A stretch of DNA of 63,271 bases, the filler included, from Reticulomyxa filosa (lineage: Eukaryota > Protista > Foraminifera): assembly GCA_000512085.1 (NCBI GenBank). It is 17 parts of 17 records of this genome, joined end to end, with 100 filler letters (N's around TTAATTAATTAA, not from the genome) between each part and the next. Parts side by side here need not be neighbours in the genome. Positions count along the whole stretch, not along the records: positions 37,486 to 44,042 come from ASPP01003664.1; positions 44,143 to 49,434 come from ASPP01003913.1; positions 49,535 to 54,232 come from ASPP01024504.1; 14 more parts are not named here. One strand, given 5' to 3'. Under the pieces are notes generated by a model. That model was not told the DNA's origin. It saw nothing but the letters and a program-made list of their open reading frames with translations, and made no database searches. How positions within the stretch are numbered: the stretch's first letter is position 1; each line of letters opens with the position of its first letter. Of the stretch, positions 38,679 to 50,565 are shown one piece after another. The translations under genes were made by a program, and so were the position numbers.

Positions 38679-39675
38679 TTAATTTTTTTGGAGTTTATAG
38701 CCAAAGAAAGTATGTGAAGACCCAATTTCAGATTGAATGTGTTTATGGTGATTAATAAAATCGGCAACATATTGTGGCGACGTAGCAATCATAGCGTTGA
38801 CAGTGTGCAGCGCATGTTTCAATTCGTCAGGAGGGGCCAAAGCAAATGTAGAGTGTCCAGCCCTCCAAGCAAAATCGTTGATACCTTTCAAATCGTAATA
38901 AACATCCTCTTTCACATGAATCTCACAAATCCTTTCGCTTCGAACATCTTCAAATTTGCAATCTTCCAACATTTTCTTCATGTAATCTTTTTTTGGCAAT
39001 CGTTTGCATGCTTGTGCAGACGCTATGTACATACATATTTTTTAACGATCTATCATACGTATAAAATATAAATATTATATATTTACACATATATGTATAT
39101 ACCTTGGGGAATGAATTGACTAAACCAGAGGCCAGACAATACTTGTTCGATTGCACAAAAATTGATTAAGACTACCGAGCACTTGTCATTGTTTAAACAG
39201 CGATAAAATTGTTGCAACACTTTTCGGGTGTTTGTAAATCCAGAGGTTATACTGGATTCCGTTTCTAAATGGTGTATCACTTGGTTCAACATTATACAGT
39301 CAAATGCCTCGTCATCAAACGGCAATCGATCACTCAGTAAATTGCCTTGTGTGATTTGCAACACCTTCGACTCGATTAGTGATTGATTCTTTTTCATGCA
39401 CTCGTTGATCATTGACTTGTTCAGTTCGATTGCGTACATACGCCGAACTCCGCAATTGTGCAATACTTGCAAATAATTACCCGTTCCACAACCTGCGTCC
39501 AACACTTTCAACTCCTCAATCGGCTTATTTTTCTCGCTGACAACAAGTTTAGCGTATCTCGGATTTGGGAGACACCAACGGGCCTTCTTGACATGTCATA
39601 GCAAGAAGCACTTTTATGATAATCATAGTAATTTGAAAAGTGTCGTCGAATGACAATATGAAGTCTTGAAGACAT
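38679..39675 (-). CDS. Class I SAM-dependent methyltransferase (UbiE/Methyltransf_11-like), 2 exons, possible mitochondrial presequence
   Basis: Motif I VLDAGCGTGNY; LPFDDEAFDCIMLNQVIHHL. The N-terminus MSSRLHIVIRRHFS joins after a 1-nt homopolymer frameshift near 39548. Intron ~39102-39021. Confidence 0.85.
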
Positions 39676-39886
39676 GAGCTCTTGCAATTATTTTATTACA
39701 AAAAAAGGGAACAAGGTTTTTTTTAGAAAAAACCGAATAGTTCAGTGTCATATGTTTAATTATGCTGTCCTATTTTAGTCTTTAACAATGTGATTAAAGC
39801 CAACTATTGCCTAAACAAAAAAAAAGAGACGCTATCATAAGATAAATATATTTTCCAAAATAAAATTAAAAATTAAATAAGATAAA

Positions 39887-40637
39887 TTAACTTTTGATTT
39901 CATTCGGACTTGCGAAGTGATTAAAACGGATGATATCACTCAAGCAGAAATAAAAAAAAAAAGTGAAATTAAATAAATTTAAAAAAATACACAGCATACG
40001 CCCGTTACAACAAAGCCCCTGCCAAAGAGGGCTCAAATTTTTTTTTTGGACTCTGGCCCACCTCTTTTGTAAGTCTTTTTTGGTCCAATTGATCTGAAAC
40101 TTATCCGAGTAATTTCGATGGATGTCATCCCACTTTTCACCAAATTGCTTTACCAAATCTTCCAGCAACTGTTGGTCGTGTGCACTCCATTGACGGCGAG
40201 GTGCCCTCTGTCTTCTCTGAGATGTGACTCCTGGCATTGCTTTTTCCGTGGTGATGGGATTAAACGTGAACGACATCGAGTTGGTGGCTGTGTACGTCGA
40301 CTCCACATCGCTGTCCATCTCATAATCATTATCGTTACCGGTATCAAGCGCAAAATCTTTCGCACGTTCAATGTCAATGTCATTTACATGCAGCTCCAAG
40401 TCGTCTGCATCGCCCAGCGACAAGTTGTCATTCCTCGTCGTCATCACACTCGAAGTAGCCGCATGCAGGGCATTGCCAGGTTCGGACAGCGCTTGGCAAG
40501 GGGACAAAGTAGTATACGGAGAAACTCCAAACTTTTTCAAGCTAGCTCCACAATGGACTGATTCCTTTCCAGCACTCGGGACGCGAACGCTATTTTTTGA
40601 TGCTGAGCGAGCTGGCTGTTGATATATTAAGAAATTG

Positions 40638-40683
<46 letters not shown>

Positions 40684-41949
40684 GACAAAAGGAAAGAAAT
40701 GATATAAAACTTAACGGTAACCAAATTAGTGAAAAGAGAAACAGGTGTCTTGTTAACAAATGACGCCTTTTTATTTTCGATGTTTTCATTGTTATTATTG
40801 TTGTTGCTGTTGTTATTGTTGTGCATGTCATTGTTGCCATTGATAACATTGTTGTTAATGTTGTTGTTGTTGTTGTTGATATTATTGTTGTTATTATTGC
40901 TATTATTATTGCTGTTGCCATTGCTGTTCGTAGAATGTTCAAGGAACTGGATTCGCTGTTTCAAATGATCGATCTTGTCGTTTTTGTACTCTTGCATGCG
41001 ACGACAAAACAGAGGCCACAGATCGTCGTAGAACCTGGATATGAATTCGGTCAAGTTCAAGCGATTCCAAAACAGGAAGCGGTCGCTGATGTTGTTATCC
41101 ACAGGCCATTGTTGTGCCGCCGCAGTCACACTGTTGCAGGTCACCATGAAGCAGTACTGTTTATGCTTTGCGGAGAGCACCCCCCACAGGTCTCTAACCT
41201 GAGGTTCGCTCACTTTCGTATTTTTCCTTTTTTTTTTTTTAAAAAAAAAAAAAGGGGTCACAATTCAATTTTAAAAAAAACCATTCAAACACATTTACAT
41301 ATTATATATATATATATATATATATAATATGTAAATGTGTTTGAATGAATTTAGTCTTTCGATACCTGTATTGCTTGACCTGTACCATCCCCTCGCCCTT
41401 TTCTTTATGGAACAGCAACAGATCAATTCCCCCGTCTTTGGTCTTGCCAACGTGCTCCACTTCGTATCCAAGACACGTGAAGATGCACCCGACGAACAGT
41501 TCAAACTCCGTCGCCGACATCTTGTTTTCCGCAAAGTCGAGCAGCGTTTTACACTTTTGCTCGTGCTTCCTCTGATCCTCCAGCACGAGGTGCTCGTAGT
41601 GAGTCGACTTCAACTTCAACTCGTTTGCTTCCGATAACAACACACTAATCTTGTTCTCGTACCATTCTTTCATTTCCTGGCACTTCTGTGTCCATTCTTT
41701 TGTCCTTTGATGGATGTTCGCCTCGTGGCTTCGACATACGCTCTCAAGCTGCTTCACCACGTTCCTTAACATGTCGTTCACTTTTTGCTGCTCTTCAAAC
41801 GCTATCCCAAAATCGGGAATTGATCCGTAACGACGGTCCGAGTTCGGCGTGTCGCTGCGGTAGCTTGCTGCCGAACTTGCTGCGTTACCTTTCGGACTTT
41901 GATTTCCTCCACCTCCATAACCATGAAATCCATCAAATATGTTACTCAT
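39887..41949 (-). CDS. Coiled-coil + Mrr-like restriction-endonuclease domain + C-terminal Myb/SANT domain protein, 3 exons
   Basis: Exon 1 (41949-41366): MSATEFELFVGCIFTCLGYEVEHVGKTKDGGIDLLL...MVQVKQYR. Exon 2 (41226-~40716): KNTKVSEPQVRDLWGVL...CFMVTCNSVTAAAQQW. Exon 3 (from 40615): RRQWSAHDQQLLEDLVKQFGEKWDDI...TKKDLQKRW. Both GT-AG junctions are in frame. The exact stop is uncertain because of a poly-A run. Confidence 0.82.
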
Positions 41950-42366
41950 CTTCCAACCTTTTTTTGAATAATGATAATAAACAATACAACAAAAATGAGC
42001 GCCCGAAATGTTCAAGAGCTTTCTTCTTTTTTAGTTCCAGAAAGCGACCAAGAGAGATTCCTGAAATACACTAATTTTTACATTTTTAAAGGTTAGTCAC
42101 GAAATAAAAATTAGAATTGTAATCTTTTTTGGTCTTTTTTGAATTGTTGTGCACTAATTTTTTAACTTCTTATGACAAGCTTAAAATACTGCTTTTATTT
42201 TTATTGTTATTTGTCAGATTTATTTTGTTTCTTAGGGGTGCGCGTAACGTTTCTCCTAGAAACAAACCAAACCAGACGAACCAAAAAAAAACCACAAGAT
42301 AAACTTAGGTTTTTTTAGGACTTTGAACATTTTATCTACTATTAATTGAATTGGAGCCCGACAGCA

Positions 42367-43912
42367 ATGTATGATGAGATAAAAATCTTCGCAATCGATC
42401 GTTCGTCACCGGCTGAGTTGCAAGAGCAAGGACTGGGCAATTACACCAAGCTTGCGGTTGTGAAAGAGTTGCAAAAGTATGGAGACACAGAAGAATTGGA
42501 AAAGTTGTTGCAAGCACAAAACACATTGACATTTTCAGCTGTCTTTGACGAGCCCATCGGATTTTATTTGATCAAATGTTTCTTGGAAACTGAGAATTCC
42601 ATTGACAAAGTGAAGTATACTTTCCCTCCGTATTTCGTTGCTGTGACAACACATTTTTTTTTGGTGCGGCAGTGTTTTCATTTGACACGCTTGTGTGTAT
42701 GGTGTGTATCTATCTATCTACCTCTCAACAAAAGGCGATATTCGTCAAAGACGTCCAAGTGTACAAGTCTTTGCAAGACCGAGCTGCTCGCTTGCACATT
42801 GCAAAAAAAATCTACAATCGTTTTTGTACCTCTGAATCTTGTCTTCCAAAAAAAGAGCTTTCCGTATTCGATACCAATGTATACATATATATATTATATA
42901 AATATAAATATGTATACTTATTTAAAATAAGGAGAACAATAATAACAATAATAATAATAATAATGACACTTTGAGCAAAAAGGGATACTTTTTTTTTTTT
43001 AAGTTGCCAAGAGTTTCCTCTTTTGTACATGAATTTTTTTTTTTTTTTTGAAAAAAAAAAAAAATGAATAAAGAGTGAAAATGGGCAAAAAGAAAACATG
43101 TCACGAGCGTTGGAAGAACTTATGACGCTGGACTACAAGTGCAACGAGAGTCATTTGAGGGGACCAAGTTCGCAAACGCGAGGAGCGAGCGACATCATTT
43201 GTAGTGATAACGACGACAACAATAACAACAAAGAAAACGCAAACAGTGGCAACAAGAGCATGTTGAAAAAGAGATTCAATCCCGATATGCACAAGGTCAG
43301 TATCACCGCAACGGCGAGCTCTCAGCCAACTGCTAGTTCCAACATCAGTGGGACTGATGGCACATTATCCTTGCTCACCGAAGAAAGCAACATCATTGGT
43401 GTTCATGGACGGCCTATTGAACGACTTAAGGTGTTTTTTTTTAATAAATAAATAAAAAAAAAAAAAAAAGAAAGAAATAAAAAAATTATCAAAAAAAAAA
43501 AAAAAAGAAACAAATTGAAGAAAAGGCAGCTTCAATCGACTTGTTTGATGAGATTGTAAACGAAGTGGTTCAAGAGTTAACATTGGACGTATTTCCGCGA
43601 TTTTGCATGTCAAAGTGGTACAAATTGTACATTAAGTGTAAGTCGATAGAAAAAAGCACTGTGAGTACCAAAGACTTCCATCAGCTGCATACTCTTGGCA
43701 GAGGCGCGTTCGGCTCTGTCCATGCATGCAAAAAAAAGTCCACTGGAAAATTGTACGCCATGAAACAGCTGAACAAACGCCGGATTCAAGAAACTGAAAG
43801 TGCCATCGCCGTCAACGCAGAGCGAAACTTTTTAGCTTTAATGAAAAGCAGATTTGTTACCACTTTGAAATACGCATTTATGGACGATAACACATTGTTT
43901 TTGATGTTTTAG
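42367..43912 (+). CDS. GRK: G protein-coupled receptor kinase (RGS-homology + AGC kinase domain), 3'-partial
   Basis: RH domain LTFSAVFDEPIGFYLIKCFL...AIFVKDVQVYK...IAKKIYNRF...DVFPRFCMS. Kinase DFHQLHTLGRGAFGSVHACKKKSTGKLYAMKQLNKRRI...FVTTLKYAF. Confidence 0.88.
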
Positions 43913-45093
43913 TACTTTATTATTATTATTCATCTATTTTTTTTTTTTTTTTGTATACGTTTTTTTGCAAGAGGAACAAAAAAAAAAAAAAAAAAAGGAT
44001 TAATACCCAAAGTTTCAAATCTGCAAAAAAAAAAAAAAAAAANNNNNNNNNNNNNNNNNNNNNNNNNNNNNNNNNNNNNNNNNNNNTTAATTAATTAANN
44101 NNNNNNNNNNNNNNNNNNNNNNNNNNNNNNNNNNNNNNNNNNATTTCAAATTTCAAAATATTTTTAAGAAATATTATTTTTATCTTCAGTGCTTAAAACT
44201 TTTTTAAAAAATGTGTAATGAATGTACTTTTGTTTGAACGTATGATAAATATATTTTAAATATAAGTAATTAAACAAATTATATTTTCTTTAATTAAAAA
44301 CATATTATGAAATATATAAAAATAAAAATTTTCAATTTTTTATTATTTCATTTTTTCATTTATATAATATCTAGTGTCAAAAAATATGCACATACATGAC
44401 ACTTTTTAAAAAGAATAATAATTTTGGCTGAAATAACAAAAATTTCACAGATTTTGCAGAAATTGATATTTTAAATTAAAATATTTCATTAATAACATTA
44501 CCAGATTGTACAAATAATTATTTAAAAAAAATGCCTTTTAACAGATAATGTGATGATTTTGTCAAATCGATGAAGTAACAAAATTAAAAAAGATTATCTA
44601 ACTTATGACTTTTGAATTTTTTTTATTGAATACTTCTGAATTTCTGGTTTCTTGGAAAATATTCAGTTATTCGTAAAACGTTACTGTTCAGAAATGCTTA
44701 GATATCAACAACAAAAATAAATCAAAAGTACAATGACAATAATAATACATCTGTTTCATGTCGTGTATTTCATATTGATATTTTTTATATCCTTTTTTTG
44801 ATTCAATAAAGAAAGTGATTAAAATCTTCAATTATTAATATTATTTTGTGATATTATGAAAACTAAGAATATAAATCATTTTGCTTTTCTTCTTTTTCTA
44901 AGGTAGAATACATGTAGTTGTGCGGATATATATATTTACACCTGATTTCATTACATTCTGCGCTTAATAAATATTTTTCTTTTCGGCTTCAAATTTTGTA
45001 TGAACGTTTTTTAGCAAGAAATAACAAAATTGAAACTTATGCAGTCGTTGGAATCAGTTTATTTGTTTTAACCCCCTTGCTCCACAACATTTA

Positions 45094-46522
45094 ATGGCCT
45101 CTCGTCGTGTTTCATATTACCTACAACAACTCCATGATCAGTGTCGTAATCAAAGTTCTACTTCGAGTGATAATGCACAACTCATTTTCCTTAACTTACG
45201 AGATGTTGCCTTGCGCGATCTTAACGTCGAAGAACAAAGCATGTGTTCTCAACTGCTTTTCTCATCCTCATCCGAAACAGTCCCTAATCTACTCTCCATA
45301 TTTTCGGATACTCTAAGTGACAAAAATTTTGCTCGTCTTCGATTTGAAATAATTAAATTTTTGATGGTATCACACATGTTTTGTTTGTTGTTTTAATTCT
45401 TTTAATATCTTCTTTCTTTCACTTCCATGTTCCCAGAACGTTCTTGCACTTTTTTAAAAATTATTGTATGTGTGTGTGTGTGTGTGTTGTGAAGATGTAT
45501 ATTGAACATATTGATCGTATGATTGATCAATTTGCCGGGCATATTCAATCAGTTTTATTCAAATGTGTGAATGTGGATGAATCGGATCGATGCAGACAAA
45601 GCGCATTGCAATGCTTGGATAGCATCTATGTAGTGAACGACATTGAATTGCATTCACATGACATGTCATTGTCGAATGAGCCCAAACAAGAGGCGAAAGA
45701 AGACGTGGCCATGGCAGAAGCAAGTCAAAAAAGCGCATTTCAACCCGAAGCTTTGGATACAATAATTAGCAAGCTTTTTTCAATGTTGACACTTGGAGTC
45801 TCTAAACTGAGTCATGGAGGTTATATTCTTACTCTTTCACTTTTGTTTAACTCTATCCATTGGTTGGGTCTCCTTCTTACCAATAACAAATAATGATATG
45901 TGTATCTCATTAAAAAAAAAAAAAATGAAGTGCGTGGCAGTATCGTACGATTGTTAGGTATTTTAAGTGACCGATACCCGTCCAAGTTTTCGGAGATGCA
46001 TTTGAAAAAACTTGCGGCGCTATATACAAAAAATATTGACGACGCTGTGAAGAATCCGAATAGCATGAACAGACAAGTATATCCCATCTCCATCTTTTTC
46101 CCCCAATGTGTGTGTGTGTGTGTCTGCCCTTATCTATCACATTGCACATAATGCATGCATATACACAAGCTGATAGCAGGGTGCTTGACAGGATTGGAAT
46201 ATTTTTTGAATGAGCATTCCAGCTTTATCCCATTAGGTTAAGAACATGCATTTCATCATTAGAATGGAAGAGGGAGGGGAGGAGGATCAAGTTTTAATAT
46301 CTTAATGTTTGTGTTCTGATTTGGATGATTGGCTGTTTAAAAAAAAAAAGCTCCCAAAAGTCGTGGAGATGGACACTGCATGCAAACGGTGTTTGTATTG
46401 GTGCTATTGCTGGTCAAGGATGTTTACAGCGAGAGTCGATATGATGTTGTCAAAGGTAGGAATGTCTTTTCAAAAAAAAAAAAAAAAGAATGATATTGAG
46501 TACATGAAATCATAACAATAAC

Positions 46523-46555
<33 letters not shown>

Positions 46556-46851
46556 GCGTCAATGAACCTGTTATGTCGACATGCAGGGATATTTGTCAAG
46601 TTTGTGATGCCATTGCTATTACACAGTGCGGACGATAAGAATATGTTGCAATTGGTTGTGAATGTATGTCGCCATGGCAACCGACAAGTGATGGAACATG
46701 CAACCTTGTGTTTGGAGGCATTGCTGCGTGAAGTCACTCAGCAACTTTGCAGTGATCCGGAAAAAATGGACCACAAAAAAATATTTGCACTATTGTTTAA
46801 ACAATTTATACAACTGCTGTCCAAAGCATTGCATTTTGACAGCAGCGCGAA

Positions 46852-46891
<40 letters not shown>

Positions 46892-47109
46892 GCTAATAGT
46901 AATAGTGATGATGCATCGTCGCGGAGTTCATTCACTGGCAGGGATGCGTCGTTGTCTATTCGTGCCTTTGGAGAGTTGGCTCAAACTATTCGAGTGTTTC
47001 AAGGCGTCGATCAATTGCAACAGGTGCTTTTCAAACTCATCGAAATATGCAAAAAATCTTTTTTCACAACAGCTTTGTCTTTGGATTCTCTTCCTTTCGA
47101 CCACTCTTT

Positions 47110-47141
<32 letters not shown>

Positions 47142-47477
47142 CATCCTCATCTGTCAATCCCAATGCAAAGAATATCGACGCCAATGACGACAGTGTTGGA
47201 GGAGATCTCTCCTTGCACTCTTCGTCCTTGCACCGCGAGCAATCTCCAGTCCAACAGTTCCCCGCATTCATAACAGCCTTTGGGTCGATCCTGTTTCACT
47301 TGGATTCTGTCCACGACACGGTCATTACTCATTTGTCGTCGATGGTGTCCACCATTTTCCAATTGTTCCCAAAAACGTGGAACCGATTGCGCAAAAACAT
47401 TTACATTAGTTTGACCAGATTGTTCGTGGTGTTGCATTTGAAAGGACATGTATTCCAGCAATTGCTTGATCACTTTG
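45094..47477 (+). CDS. PRKDC: DNA-dependent protein kinase catalytic subunit, N-terminal HEAT region only
   Basis: Colinear matches to the DNA-PKcs N-terminus: RFEIIKFL, LLGILSDRYP, LIAGCLTGL, RYDVVKASMNLLCRHA, CRHGN...LEALLREV, SLSIRAFGELA, QFPAFITAF and LFVVLHLKGHV. Confidence 0.8.
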
Positions 47478-47478
47478 G

Positions 47479-47532
<54 letters not shown>
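47479..47532. repeat. (TA)n microsatellite
   Basis: Perfect TA run of about 54 nt. Other (TA)n runs occur at ~27905-27931, 28383-28423 and 41303-41326. Confidence 0.95.
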
Positions 47533-47541
<9 letters not shown>

Positions 47542-47574
47542 CATATATATATTTGTATATGTATACATATATAC

Positions 47575-48852
47575 TTATATAATAATCCAGTTCGTTGAGA
47601 CAAAACTTTCCGAATGGAAAGGTAACAAGTCAATACAGACGTTGTTCTTTTCTGGGGGGTTGTGGAAAATAAACCAGAGATAGGTCCAACGAGAGTCATT
47701 CAAACAATTGATTTGTTGCTTTTCTTCCTCTTCCATCATTTGCTTAATTTTCTCCACTGATCTTTTGTTGTCGTTTTTTTGATCCTTTTTCTCTTCTTTG
47801 TCGTCGCTTTGTCTATAATAAAAAAAAAAAAAAAGCAAATATTTTATTACACATATATGTACAGATACATATGTAAATATAAATATAAATAAAAAATATA
47901 AATATAAATATAAACATATATACATATATATAAATATATATTTATAAAATTTTTTTTTCAAAAAAAAAAACAAACCTCCAAAATAATTGTTGCAACATTG
48001 TTAAATGAAGGTTTTTCTGTTTGCCCAAATCAATGGACACATTAAACATCTCTTCGCTTGTGTGTATTTTCTTATTGCTGTCGATAATGAATATTCGCAC
48101 ACATAAACGCGGGAGATATTGCGCCAAGTCCTGTTCGCTTTTTCCGGCATAGACATACAGATCCCAACAGTAGTCTCGGGCAAACTCATACAATTCGTTC
48201 AACTGAATGTTGGTGTGACAATATGGAGTCACTCCCAAACTTAGCTCTTCTTCTTTCCCATTTTCCTCATACAAATACAGTAATTCATAACACATTTGTC
48301 CAACAAACTTTAGCGATCTCCTCGTTGTCATTCGTCGCTCCAATTTTAATATTGCAACTGCCTCTTCTGTGTGCATCTCCAATTTGTGAGTGCTTAATGT
48401 TACCTCGGCTAAACATGCATCTACCGTACTATTCGCTTTTTTGGTTTTGTTTTGTTTTGTTTTGTTTTGTTTTGTTTTGTTTTTCTCCCATCTACACACA
48501 TCCCCCCCCCCTCTTGTAATCTCCACACATTTCTGTCAATCTATTTTTTATTTAAAAAAATAAAAAGAGTATATATACCAGTTGGAGTTTCAAATGTATA
48601 TGTTTCGCTTTGATCGCTTTGTGTACTTATCTTGATCTCATAAATTTGTCCTGCAGTCAAACCTTCCACTACTGTAGACACATTGTCCACATGAAATGAT
48701 CGGTCACGTTCATGGCTTTTACGGTAAGAAACAGTATAACCACCTTTTGGCGGTGGTCCTCCGTACACGTTCCATTCCACGTGCACTTCGTTATGTGACA
48801 TTTTTATTATTTCAGGATTTAGCTTTGCAAGCGTGTTGCGATTTCTACTCAT
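47575..48852 (-). CDS. Fibronectin type III domain-containing protein, multi-exon
   Basis: HNEVHVEWN...GYTVSYR...TVVEGLTAGQIYEIKI shows the FN3 W/Y/L-Y pattern. Further exons at 48430-47975 and ~47812-47575. Confidence 0.7.
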
Positions 48853-49404
48853 TTTATTTAATTTATTCACAATAATCGAAGAGCGAGGTTCATTTACAAT
48901 TTCAAAAAGGTTAATTACTTTGCACAACAAAAGATTACATAACTATAAACTATTCGTTTCCTCAAAATGTTATAAAAAGCTACAGCAAATTGAGTTTTAA
49001 TTAAACTATGGTACTAACGATTTTATGATTTACTGTTTCTTCAATATATCATTTATCTTACAAAATGCAAATAAGCAAACTTTGCTCATAATAAACTGTA
49101 AGTGTATAATGTAAGTCATTGTTATAATTCTCAAAGAACCTTGGAGCGCCAGTTTGCTAAACTCTCTTTCTATATTGTTAATCTTTTGTTTGTTTTGCTT
49201 CATTATTGTCGTTAATTTACTTTCTTTTCATTGAAATTTGTTTTAGTAACTAAATTCCTTTCATATTACACTTAGCTGCAATCACTGACCCTACAGAAGA
49301 AAACACAACAAACTTAAAAACTGTTATCTTGAATTTGTTAGCAAATCGAATATCACACAAACGAACACTTTTCATTTGACCCAGATAATATTGTATTTTC
49401 ACTA

Positions 49405-49434
49405 CTACAGTAGGTTGCAAAAAAAACTGAACAC
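49405..49434 (+). mobile_element. Candidate Tc1/mariner-type terminal inverted repeat (copy 1)
   Basis: TA|CAGTAGGTTGCAAAAAAAACTGAACA at the contig end, 28/29 identical to 54161-54189. Confidence 0.5.
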
Positions 49435-49579
49435 NNNNNNNNNNNNNNNNNNNNNNNNNNNNNNNNNNNNNNNNNNNNTTAATTAATTAANNNNNNNNNN
49501 NNNNNNNNNNNNNNNNNNNNNNNNNNNNNNNNNNTATATATATGTATGTATATATATGCACGTATTAACAAAATACAAT

Positions 49580-50565
49580 AAAGGGTGGCCAAAGTTTGCT
49601 CAAGGTATATTCTTCATTCCAAGCGGAACACCGAATAGCGCCGCGATTGGCTTGTATGCTCCTGCTTACACTACGTTTCCAAGTCAAATCGGTGGTGGTG
49701 CTGTTGTCAACATAAGCACAAACTATCCATTCCATGACGACATTCAAGTCGATGTCACTTGCCAACAGCCATTCACTTTATTTTTAAGTTAAGCAATTTT
49801 TTTTTATTTTATTTTTTTTTTTTAGATGAACGAATTGCAAATATGCAATTTCATAATATTAACGTAAGGGATCCCATGTTGGAGTGACTCAACGAAACTG
49901 AGCCTAAGTGTAAACGGCGTGCGCGCAAACAACAGCGACGTTCAAAACTGCACGATGTATCCAGTGTCTATCAAACCGGGAAAGACAACCATCGATTTGA
50001 ATTTCCATCCCGACTTCCAACTCTATCGAGGATACAATGACTCTGTCGGTTTGGTTACTCTTCTTTGTTTTCCCTCTTTTTTTTTTTCCCAATATAAAAG
50101 CACATATCATTCAAACAATTCCAAAAAAAAAAAGGCATTTTGCGTGGATCGATACTATTCTCCAAACCCAATGGTGAACTGTTCACTGTTGTCGGAGTGT
50201 ACCCTTACCAAAGCAGAGACTATGAAATCCGACCCACAGATACTTGGAATTTTGCACTGGTGTTAAATGACCTAAATGACTTGTCCAAAGACCTGACAAT
50301 CAAATTCAGTCACTACAATTTCATGCAAAATACCACCTTGGCACCGTTCAATCGGACCAACATCCCGGTTTTTGTCTATGGGCAAGTCGCTTCCGTCGGT
50401 GCCTGGGACGAATATGAAAACGCTGCCTCGCCGCCACCTATTTCACCTGCGTGCATCGAATCGGGCATGTGTGGCGCTCCACAAGAAACTGTTTTTGTGC
50501 CTCATGGAAGCACTGACTTGAGAATCGGAGAGTTTCCCTTAGCATACACAAGTGATGAGTTGTAA
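49580..50565 (+). CDS. Glycoside hydrolase GH127/GH146-like (beta-L-arabinofuranosidase family), C-terminal exons
   Basis: GWPKFAQ, IGLYAP, TNYPF, FTLFLRIPCW (spliced), RGSILF, WNFAL and VPHGSTDLRIGEFP. Confidence 0.72.

Noticed and set aside
39540-39556. Frameshift near the methyltransferase 5' end
   Set aside because: One extra A in a homopolymer restores the frame, so sequencing error is more likely than recoding.
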